Origin: a virus
Reading direction: 5' to 3' (one strand)
DNA length: 64,000 bases
Virus record (IMG/VR): IMGVR_UViG_3300044984_003188
The stretch's first letter is position 1, and each line of letters opens with the position of its first letter. The position numbers and the translations under genes were made by a program. Below are positions 56,536 to 64,000 of the stretch, piece by piece. The notes beneath the pieces were generated by a model. That model did not search any database. It was given only the letters and a program-made list of their open reading frames with translations, and was not told the origin of the DNA.

Positions 56536-56609
56536 GCCCGTATAGCCCAATTGGCAGAGGTAGCAGTTTCAAAAACTGTGTGTTGTCGGTTCGAATCCGA
56601 CTACGGGTA
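56536..56609 (+). tRNA. tRNA-Leu(CAA), short variable loop, CCA not encoded
   Basis: Loop TTCAAAA; followed by CATAAGCAC. Confidence 0.85.
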
Positions 56610-56677
56610 CATAAGCACTCGAAAATTATAAATAGCAATATCAATAAGACTATTTATAATTTTCGAGGTTAGCTCAA
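56610..56677 (+). promoter_or_regulatory. Late-promoter/RBS-sequestering hairpin (copy 3)
   Basis: CTCGAAAATTATAAATAG pairs with CTATTTATAATTTTCGAG; TATAAATA at 56627-56634. Confidence 0.8.
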
Positions 56678-57364
56678 ATGTTTTATACTATCTATAAAAT
56701 TACTAATAAAATTAATAACAAATATTATGTAGGTAAACATCAAACCAAAAATTTAGATGATAATTATATGGGTTCTGGTAAACTTATCAAAGCAGCCATT
56801 AAAAAACATGGTAAAGAAAACTTTAAAAAAGAAATATTACATATATTTGATAATGAATTAGAAATGAATACCAAAGAAAAAGAATTGGTTGTAGTAAGTG
56901 AATCAACTTATAATCTTATTGAAGGTGGTAAGGGTGGGTTTAGTTACATTAATAAAAATAATCTTAAATTACCACTTAATGAAAATAGCAAACAAAAAAT
57001 AGCAAATACTGTCAGAGAACATTGGCAAAATGGTGTTTATGAAAAAAATAAACAAAAGTTAATTAAACAAAATAGAACAATAAAGAAATCTACAAATTTT
57101 TCAATTAATAAATCTATACTTAAAAAAGCATTAGAACAAGCACAATCTCCCAATGCTGTTATGAAAAGAAAACAGACTTTTATAGAAAATAAACATCAAC
57201 AAGGATCAAAAAATTCTCAGTTTAATACCTGCTGGATTAATAATGGTTTTGAAAATAAAAAAATTAAAAAAGATCAACTTGAAATTTATCTTGAACAAAA
57301 CTGGATAAAAGGTAGGTTGATCCTTCAAAAGGAAATATATTATGGAAGATATGAAGTTTTGTAA
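56678..57364 (+). CDS. Free-standing GIY-YIG homing endonuclease
   Basis: YTIYKITNKINNKYYVGKH; paralogue of 37174 and 40743. Confidence 0.88.
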   Translation: MFYTIYKITNKINNKYYVGKHQTKNLDDNYMGSGKLIKAAIKKHGKENFKKEILHIFDNELEMNTKEKELVVVSESTYNLIEGGKGGFSYINKNNLKLPLNENSKQKIANTVREHWQNGVYEKNKQKLIKQNRTIKKSTNFSINKSILKKALEQAQSPNAVMKRKQTFIENKHQQGSKNSQFNTCWINNGFENKKIKKDQLEIYLEQNWIKGRLILQKEIYYGRYEVL

Positions 57365-57563
57365 AGATTGTAAATTTGAAAAGCGTGATCCTATGTCTTA
57401 TATTCCTATTTTAGGGATACCATTTAAAAAGTATTCTAAGTGTGGTCATCCGAAATTTGTGGAGATTGATTCAGTTACAGGTCGAAGTGCTTACAATTCT
57501 TATTGTGCCGTTATTAGAATATTTAAATGTGGTGATGAAGCCAAATACTTTGAACCAAAATAA
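57342..57563 (+). CDS. Small Cys-rich protein
   Basis: FCKDCK..C..C..CG.EAKYFE pattern. Confidence 0.55.
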   Translation: MEDMKFCKDCKFEKRDPMSYIPILGIPFKKYSKCGHPKFVEIDSVTGRSAYNSYCAVIRIFKCGDEAKYFEPK

Positions 57564-57622
57564 TGGTTGACAAGCACTAAAGCCTAATATATAATCCACT
57601 TATACAATGAATGAGGTGAAAA

Positions 57623-57979
57623 ATGAGTCGAGGTCGAGTTAATACCTTTTGTGTTGAGCCTTTCAATAACAGCTTTGAGCAGGAAGTAAAGCCTGGAAAT
57701 AAGGTTGTCTTTGCCGCAACTTCTTGGAAACGTACACGACTTGAAGAAGGCATTTTTAATGGTGTAAATAAGAATAAGTCTGGGCAGATTCAATCCGTTC
57801 GAGTTTCTTATCCTATTATCAAGTATGTGCCAAATGGCAAGACTGAGTCTACCACATATCAGCGATATAACTATCAAACACGAAGGTATGAAGAAGTTAC
57901 CTATAATCGGATGCTTTTTGATGAAGTGCCAGGTACAGGGCATTCTACTCTTCAACTAATGCGTGTGTTTAAGATCTAA
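57623..57979 (+). CDS. Hypothetical protein
   Basis: Upstream promoter TTGACA..TATAAT and SD GAGGTG. Confidence 0.6.
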   Translation: MSRGRVNTFCVEPFNNSFEQEVKPGNKVVFAATSWKRTRLEEGIFNGVNKNKSGQIQSVRVSYPIIKYVPNGKTESTTYQRYNYQTRRYEEVTYNRMLFDEVPGTGHSTLQLMRVFKI

Positions 57980-57991
57980 TAATACAATTAA

Positions 57992-58581
57992 GGATTTGTT
58001 TCAGCAACTAAAAAAGTTTTTATTGGAAAAAACAAAAACACACCAATCCGAAAAAATCTATTGACATTGACATAAATCTGGTATATAATACGCTTATAAA
58101 TTAAGGAATAAGGGTTGGGTTCAGCCTATAAAAGCTAATCCAAACAGCAACCAAGTCCAACCCGCTAACTTATAGATTCGTTTCAGCAATCAAATAGCAA
58201 TTGACCTTGTAAATCAAAACTGCAAAAAAAAGCGAATCTGATATCTAAAGGATGTTTTCAGCAAACCAAATAGTAGCTCATCGGTAGAGCAAAGTGTCCT
58301 CAAAACACCTGGTAGTTGGTTCAAATCCAACCTAAAAAAACAACATTCTGCTATCTTCTAAGAATAAAGAATAGTTACAGCAACATAAAAATCTTCTCTT
58401 TGAACAAGAACCGTGGTCGTTCGATTCGACCGTTGCGAGGCTGGTGCCAGGAAAAGCATGCTATTCTGTTATCTTACTTAAGATTAACTTCCGCTAAAAA
58501 CAATCTCCAGTCACTTTTTGTGATATCAAAGAACCCAACGATCTGGGCGCAGGTGTGATAACTTGCAGATCGGTTAATCTG
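57992..58581 (+). ncRNA. Array of six related stem-loop RNAs (Y RNA-like / tRNA-mimic candidates)
   Basis: Each unit is a 7-9 bp closing stem, then a TTCAGCAA-like motif, an inner hairpin and a 3' G; the stems covary. Confidence 0.75.
58061..58089 (+). promoter_or_regulatory. Consensus sigma70 promoter driving RNA units 2-6 and the vWA gene
   Basis: TTGACA-17-TATAAT. Confidence 0.8.
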
Positions 58582-58601
58582 TCAATGAAAGGAACTATAT
58601 T

Positions 58602-60029
58602 ATGAACGCTTTTGCTAAAGCTGCTCTCAATCAAACTACTCGTACCACAAACGGTATGAAGGCTCTAAAGAGCACAACCAATCCATGTGTTGATCTATTC
58701 TATAAGATCGGTGCTTCACGTGGTAAGAATATCCTACCAGACTTTATTGCAGCATATGTTCAAGATAAGGAACTTGCTTGCCGTATTGCTCTATGGGCTC
58801 GTGATATTCGATCCGGTGCAGGTGAACGTGAAATTTTCCGTTCTATTCTTGCATATGTCTCTGATAACGATCCAAATATGGCTTCTCGTCTAGTACTTCG
58901 TGTACCAGAACTTGGGCGTTGGGATGACGTATTCTCTACTTCTGGTGAAGCACGTAATATTGCTATTGGAATGGTTCGACGTGCTCTTGCAACACGTGAT
59001 GGTCTAGCTGCAAAGTGGATGCCACGTAAGGGACCAATTGCTATTGAACTTCGTAATGCTCTAGGTTTCACTCCTAAGCAGTACCGTAAGACTCTAGTCA
59101 ATCTCTCTTCTGTTGTTGAGAGCCAGATGTGCGCTAAAGATTGGGATTCTATCAACTTCAATCATGTCCCATCTGTTGCTTCTGCTCGCTATAAGAAGGC
59201 CTTCAACCGTAATACTACCAAGTATAAGGAATGGACATCAAAGCTTGTCAGCACTGATCCTAAGGTTCGTGAAGAAGTCAAGATCAATGCTGGTGCAGTC
59301 TATCCTTATGATGTACTCAAGGGTAAGATTAGTCACTATCGGACTTCAGCTGGGTACTCTCAAGCAGAACTAAATGCTGTTCGGGCTCAGTGGGAAGCAC
59401 TACCAAACTATATGAATGGTTCAAACGTTCTTCCTCTGGTTGACGTTTCTGGATCCATGACATGCCCAGTTGGTGGTTCTAGCACCACATCTTGCCTTGA
59501 TGTGGCTGTTTCTCTTGGTCTGTATTGTGCTGATAAGAATACTGGGGACTTTAAGGACATGTTCCTTACATTCTCTAGTCAACCAGAACTACTAACTCTT
59601 CGTGGTAATATCCTACAGAAGATTGATCAGATGATTAAATCTTCATGGGCTATGAGCACCAACATTGTTGCCGCAATGGATCTAATCCTTCACACTGCAG
59701 TCAATGGTAATGTGCCACAGGAGGATATGCCTTCCACTCTTCTTATTCTTTCAGACATGCAGTTTAATCAATGCGCTCGCTTTGATGGCTCTGCTATGGA
59801 AACATTCCGTCGCAAGTTTACAGATGCCGGTTATACAATGCCAAAGATTGTTTTCTGGAATCTAAATTCACACGACAATGTTCCTGTAAAGGAAAATGAG
59901 AATGGTGTGGCTCTAGTCTCTGGTTTCAGCCCATCTATCCTCAAGTCTATTCTGGCTTCCGATCTAGAACAGTTTACACCAGAGGCAATGATGATGAAGA
60001 CCCTTATGGCTGAAAGGTACAATTTCTAA
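58602..60029 (+). CDS. DUF2828-type helical plus vWA protein (possibly Ro60/TROVE-like)
   Basis: T.NG, WARDIR.G.GER, GRWDD, AAKWMPR, HVPSVA, MIDAS VDVSGSM, SDMQF, PKIVFWNL, VSGFSP motifs. Confidence 0.8.
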   Translation: MNAFAKAALNQTTRTTNGMKALKSTTNPCVDLFYKIGASRGKNILPDFIAAYVQDKELACRIALWARDIRSGAGEREIFRSILAYVSDNDPNMASRLVLRVPELGRWDDVFSTSGEARNIAIGMVRRALATRDGLAAKWMPRKGPIAIELRNALGFTPKQYRKTLVNLSSVVESQMCAKDWDSINFNHVPSVASARYKKAFNRNTTKYKEWTSKLVSTDPKVREEVKINAGAVYPYDVLKGKISHYRTSAGYSQAELNAVRAQWEALPNYMNGSNVLPLVDVSGSMTCPVGGSSTTSCLDVAVSLGLYCADKNTGDFKDMFLTFSSQPELLTLRGNILQKIDQMIKSSWAMSTNIVAAMDLILHTAVNGNVPQEDMPSTLLILSDMQFNQCARFDGSAMETFRRKFTDAGYTMPKIVFWNLNSHDNVPVKENENGVALVSGFSPSILKSILASDLEQFTPEAMMMKTLMAERYNF

Positions 60030-60211
60030 TGAATATTGTACTTGTTGTCTCTATGTTAATCGGTGGGGTTCCTACGGGCTCCCCGATTAATCTACAGAGC
60101 ACTAGCCCTGATTGCAGAGATGAGATAAATATGGTTGAGCATATGAATAGCGTATTTCAGAAGCATAAGTCTGAAATTCAATATAAGATTATAGAGTGTA
60201 AAAAGACTTAA
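60029..60211 (+). CDS. Small hypothetical protein
   Basis: Translationally coupled to the vWA gene. Confidence 0.5.
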   Translation: MNIVLVVSMLIGGVPTGSPINLQSTSPDCRDEINMVEHMNSVFQKHKSEIQYKIIECKKT

Positions 60212-60215
60212 TACT

Positions 60216-60290
60216 ATCAGTGTGGTGTAGCGGTAACATGCCGGTCTCCAAAACCGTGCGTCCTGGGTTCGAATCCTAGCACTGGTGCCA
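60216..60290 (+). tRNA. tRNA-Trp(CCA)
   Basis: Loop CTCCAAA; G-CCA. Confidence 0.88.
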
Positions 60291-60361
60291 AACTTTTTGA
60301 TTGACAACCACCACAGGTGGTATATAATATACATATAAATTGTTTCTTAGGAGTTAAGAAC

Positions 60362-61357
60362 ATGAAAACATTAGGCGTATTCATTGGGCGTTTTCAGCCC
60401 TTACATGAAGGTCATATTCAGGCAATCAAGGTTGCCGCTAAGCAAGTAGACCTTCTTCTGGTCCTTATCGGTTCGGCTAATCAGTGCCGTAGCATTAAAA
60501 ATCCATGGACCTATTCAGAGCGAGTTCAGATGTTCCATTCAAAATGGGAACAGATTGACAATCTGATTGACATTCTTCCCCTTAATGACTATCAATACTC
60601 CCATACTCAGTGGATGGCAGATGTACGTGCAAGCGTAGAGTATACCCAAAAGAATTGGGGCATCTATTCACCACCGACTCTTTTTGGTCACACAAAAGAT
60701 GGTAATGACTATCTTAACTGGTTTCCAGATTGGAACTTCAAAAATATTGAAGCCGAATATACAGTAAATGCTACATCTATTCGTGCAAAGATGTTTGCAG
60801 AACATGATAAGCGTATGCCGGAAACGGTCTATCAAGATCATCTGTTCTATAAGAAAGAACAAGAACTGTTTGCAAACTATCCATTCCCTGATACTCTCAA
60901 CTTCAACTGCTCTGATGCTGTTCTAGAATGTCAGGGTCATGTTCTTCTAATCCAACGTAAGTTTGCTCCAGGTGCTGGATGTTGGGCTCTACCAGGTGGA
61001 TTTAGAAATAATAAAGAAACTTTTCTTGATTGTGCTATTCGTGAACTTCAAGAAGAAACAAATGTTCGAGTACCAGAAAAAGTTCTTCGTGGCTCTATTG
61101 TCAAGACTCAACTTTTTGATTCACCGTCTCGATCATTTGGCTTGCTAAGGAATACATTAGCAGTCTATATGAGGATCAGTCCAAATCCAGACTATTCTCT
61201 ACCACGAGCAAATGGCGCCGATGATGCTGCACTATGTAAATGGGTGCCACTCACTGATGCTCTTAATACATATGAGCTCTATGATGACCATGCTGCTATT
61301 ATCTCTACTATGACTGGTGTTATGCCAATGCCAGCTTTTACCAAACTTAAGAAATAA
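60362..61357 (+). CDS. Bifunctional NMN adenylyltransferase / Nudix ADP-ribose pyrophosphatase (NadM-Nudix)
   Basis: GRFQPLHEGH (HxGH) and Nudix box GG..ET..CAIRELQEET, GADDA. Confidence 0.92.
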   Translation: MKTLGVFIGRFQPLHEGHIQAIKVAAKQVDLLLVLIGSANQCRSIKNPWTYSERVQMFHSKWEQIDNLIDILPLNDYQYSHTQWMADVRASVEYTQKNWGIYSPPTLFGHTKDGNDYLNWFPDWNFKNIEAEYTVNATSIRAKMFAEHDKRMPETVYQDHLFYKKEQELFANYPFPDTLNFNCSDAVLECQGHVLLIQRKFAPGAGCWALPGGFRNNKETFLDCAIRELQEETNVRVPEKVLRGSIVKTQLFDSPSRSFGLLRNTLAVYMRISPNPDYSLPRANGADDAALCKWVPLTDALNTYELYDDHAAIISTMTGVMPMPAFTKLKK

Positions 61358-61374
61358 GATAAGGAGTTTATCTA

Positions 61375-62760
61375 ATGACTATTCTAAAAAATATTCTACT
61401 TAATGTTGACAGCTATAAAGTTTCAATGTTTGAACAATACCCAGAAGGGACTGAAATTGTTCACAGCTACATTGAATCACGAGGTGGTGAACATCTAGAA
61501 ACTTTATTCTTTGGTCTACAGGGTTTCATTAAAGATTATCTTCTAACGCCGGTGACAATGGCAGACATTGATCTAGCAGAAGAAATTATGCAAGCCCATG
61601 GTGAACCATTTAATCGTGTTGGTTGGGAATATATTGTTACCAACCACGGTGGTAAACTACCAGTCCATATCCGTGCAGTTCCAGAAGGTACTATTGTTCC
61701 TGTAAGTAATGTTCTACTTACTATTGAAAATACAGATCCAAATTGTTTTTGGTTGACAACACATTTGGAAACAGCTCTGCTTCGTGCAATTTGGTATCCT
61801 ACAACTGTAGCAACCAACAGCAAAGCCATCAAGAATCTAATTAAAGGATTCTTAGAAAAGAATGGTGATCCTGCTGGACTTAGCTTTAAACTTCATGACT
61901 TCGGTGCACGTGGTGTTTCAAGTCAAGAATCCGCTGGAATTGGTGGTGCTGCGCATCTAATTAATTTCATGGGTACTGATACCATTGCGGGTATTCTTTG
62001 GGCTCGTGAGCATTATAATGCAGGCATTGCTGGTTTCTCTATTCCAGCCGCAGAACACAGCACAATTACTAGTTGGGGTCGCCCATATGAAGTAAAAGCA
62101 TATGAAAATATGCTGAATAAGTTTGCCAAGCCTGGTGCTATTCTTGCTGTTGTGAGTGATAGTTATGATGTATTCAATGCAGCAGAAAATCTCTGGGGTG
62201 GTGAGCTGAAACAAAAGATCATCGACTCTGGTGCTACTCTGGTTATTCGACCAGATTCTGGTGAACCGGTTGCTGTAAATTGTAAACTTATTCAGCTCCT
62301 AGATAAGAAATTTGGCTCTACAGTAAATGATAAGGGATACCGAGTCCTGAATAATGTTAGATTAATCCAGGGTGATGGGGTCAATTATAACACAGTCAAG
62401 GATATCCTTACTGTCTTTGATAATAACGGCTACTCTGCTGATAATATTGCTTTTGGTATGGGTGGTGCTCTTCTTCAACAGGTGAATAGGGATACACAGA
62501 AATTTGCAATGAAATGCTCTGCTGTGCGAATCGGTAAACATGATTGGAGAAAAGTTCTAAAGGATCCTATTACCGATTCAGGTAAGAAAAGCAAAGCAGG
62601 TCTACTTGAACTGTGGCGTAAAGATAATAAATTTGCCACAAGTGAAACAACACCTGAATTACTCAATGGTTGGAAACATGGACTTGAAACCGTTTACCTT
62701 AATGGTAAACTAATCCGTGATATGACTTTTGAGGAAATTAGGAACAATTCAAATAGCTAA
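61375..62760 (+). CDS. nadV: Nicotinamide phosphoribosyltransferase (NAMPT)
   Basis: DSYK.S..QYP, LHDFGARG, IPAAEHS, VSDSYD, IRPDSG, IQGDG, FGMGGALLQ motifs. Confidence 0.95.
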   Translation: MTILKNILLNVDSYKVSMFEQYPEGTEIVHSYIESRGGEHLETLFFGLQGFIKDYLLTPVTMADIDLAEEIMQAHGEPFNRVGWEYIVTNHGGKLPVHIRAVPEGTIVPVSNVLLTIENTDPNCFWLTTHLETALLRAIWYPTTVATNSKAIKNLIKGFLEKNGDPAGLSFKLHDFGARGVSSQESAGIGGAAHLINFMGTDTIAGILWAREHYNAGIAGFSIPAAEHSTITSWGRPYEVKAYENMLNKFAKPGAILAVVSDSYDVFNAAENLWGGELKQKIIDSGATLVIRPDSGEPVAVNCKLIQLLDKKFGSTVNDKGYRVLNNVRLIQGDGVNYNTVKDILTVFDNNGYSADNIAFGMGGALLQQVNRDTQKFAMKCSAVRIGKHDWRKVLKDPITDSGKKSKAGLLELWRKDNKFATSETTPELLNGWKHGLETVYLNGKLIRDMTFEEIRNNSNS

Positions 62761-62764
62761 ACTA

Positions 62765-62797
62765 AAAAGGGAGAACCTAGGTTCTCCCTTTATTTTT
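62765..62797. terminator. Bidirectional intrinsic terminator
   Basis: AAAAGGGAGAAC-CTAG-GTTCTCCCTTT between convergent genes. Confidence 0.8.
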
Positions 62798-63071
62798 ATG
62801 GTTCATATCCCATACGAAGCAAATCATGTATATATAATAAAGCGGTTTCCTTTGCTGAATCCAGAGAAAAATGCATCCCTTTTGAATTTACAACTTTATC
62901 TTTCCACATTATAAAATAAACACCATAATTTGGTTGATATGCTATTGATACCTCAGTTGTGTTTAAATTTAAAACACCGGGTGAAGTTACTATCCATTCT
63001 GGTTCAAGATCAAAATTCATTTCTTCTCCATACGAAAAACCCATGTGAACCTGATATTTATAATCAGACAC
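62796..63071 (-). CDS. Hypothetical protein
   Basis: 91 aa leftward ORF. Confidence 0.5.
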   Translation of the reverse strand: MSDYKYQVHMGFSYGEEMNFDLEPEWIVTSPGVLNLNTTEVSIAYQPNYGVYFIMWKDKVVNSKGMHFSLDSAKETALLYIHDLLRMGYEP

Positions 63072-63093
63072 ATGGGTTTTTTTATATTATAGA

Positions 63094-63366
63094 CTATTCT
63101 GATAAGATTCTATAATTGACAGTTACATATTCACCAAACTCATCTAAGATTTGTTTTCGAAGAACATTTCTTGCATTTTGGACCATAACACCATTTTCTT
63201 TTGTGTCATGCACAGTGATTGTTTTAGTTCCACAATTCTTAAGAACCTTAGCTTCAATGACATACTTTCTGTATTTACTTAAATCTTTCTTTTTTCGAAG
63301 ATCTGTAAAGTAGCCATAAGGCTTATTGTTCCAGATATCTTCTAGTTCTTCTCGTGTAAAATTCAT
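63094..63366 (-). CDS. Hypothetical protein
   Basis: 90 aa leftward ORF. Confidence 0.55.
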   Translation of the reverse strand: MNFTREELEDIWNNKPYGYFTDLRKKKDLSKYRKYVIEAKVLKNCGTKTITVHDTKENGVMVQNARNVLRKQILDEFGEYVTVNYRILSE

Positions 63367-63728
63367 GATGCTTCCTTAATGTGTTTGCATGTACGCCTGA
63401 AACCAAATCCAGTGCACGTACATGTGCTATGTTTACCGTCAATTGTAACGGTGTAAATTTCTCCTTTGGAGCCCTTTACATTAAATGTTTTGATGGGGTT
63501 TATTGGCTTAGCAACTACAGGCTTTTGTGTCGTATCATCAATAGAAACAATTAATCTTTTGGGGATGATGCGCATCTTGGATGGAATATCAGCCGTAATG
63601 CACAATGAATCTGCTTCAGCCCAGGTTGGTATGGGTAGAAGTTCACCATAGAAAGTATCATATTGATCAATATGAAAGAAGCACAAATGCTTTCTATCCC
63701 ACATTGGATTTTTAGCTACAATTTTCAT
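63363..63728 (-). CDS. SWIM zinc-finger protein
   Basis: GSKG..YTV...CTCTGF.FRRTCKHI motif. Confidence 0.75.
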   Translation of the reverse strand: MKIVAKNPMWDRKHLCFFHIDQYDTFYGELLPIPTWAEADSLCITADIPSKMRIIPKRLIVSIDDTTQKPVVAKPINPIKTFNVKGSKGEIYTVTIDGKHSTCTCTGFGFRRTCKHIKEAS

Positions 63729-64000
63729 CACAACACCAAAAACACAAAAATTAGAAAAGCAAAAACCAAAATCCAAGTAATTACATCACTGAATTCCAAG
63801 CGCATTATTGTTTTTCCTCCATATGATCCGTGCAGCCTGTTTTACAATACATACACCAGTCATTAATGACCAACCTTCTTGAGCTTCTATTAGGAGTTGG
63901 TCACAAATTAGAGGCTTGAGATTATACACTAGCTTATCCCATTTACTAAGTTCAATATCCTTGAAGGTTTCATCCTTAGATAGGATAATATCATTTCCAA

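Noticed and set aside
58272-58333. Stand-alone tRNA (TCA suppressor/Sec or Leu)
   Set aside because: D-, anticodon- and T-like arms are present but there is no acceptor stem or CCA; treated as part of array unit U4.
58316-58558. 80-aa ORF over the RNA array, and similar ORFs over tRNAs (39143, 45917, 38478, 44928)
   Set aside because: No RBS and they overlap structured RNA genes; likely spurious.
57992-58581. CRISPR array
   Set aside because: Units share only a short motif and structure, not identical direct repeats with regular spacers; no cas genes in the window.
1-64000. Stop-codon reassignment
   Set aside because: Core genes are full length in the standard code and no complete suppressor tRNA was found.

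Overview
This 64 kb window is part of a large T4-like (myovirus) bacteriophage genome, AT-rich overall. It falls into six blocks. (1) 1-16.5 kb: virion morphogenesis module (tail-fibre-like genes, gp13-gp23, gp3) with TATAAATA late promoters. (2) 16.5-33 kb: recombination, replication and transcription genes (uvsY, uvsW, gp55, gp47, gp46, ligase, gp45/44/62, regA), a putative DNA sugar-hypermodification cluster, and a peptide deformylase homologue that has lost its catalytic motifs. (3) Two homologous, inverted ~460 bp non-coding hubs (~34.6-35.1 kb and ~51.8-52.3 kb), each with seven 12-bp boxes, flanked by divergent sigma70-type early promoters and small GC-richer genes. (4) About 31 tRNA genes covering all 20 amino acids, several structurally aberrant, interspersed with unexplained structured RNAs and three GIY-YIG endonuclease cassettes that replace the CCA of the tRNA they follow. 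(5) Auxiliary metabolic genes: a plcP/agt-like lipid-remodelling pair, pstS, rpiB, speD, and NAD+ salvage (NMNAT-Nudix plus NAMPT). (6) The most novel-looking element, at 57.99-58.58 kb: six covarying stem-loop RNAs sharing a UUCAGCAA-like motif, each presenting a different anticodon-like loop or tRNA arm, directly upstream of a DUF2828-type (possibly Ro60/TROVE-like) vWA protein. All calls come from motif recognition by eye; no database searches or folding programs were run.
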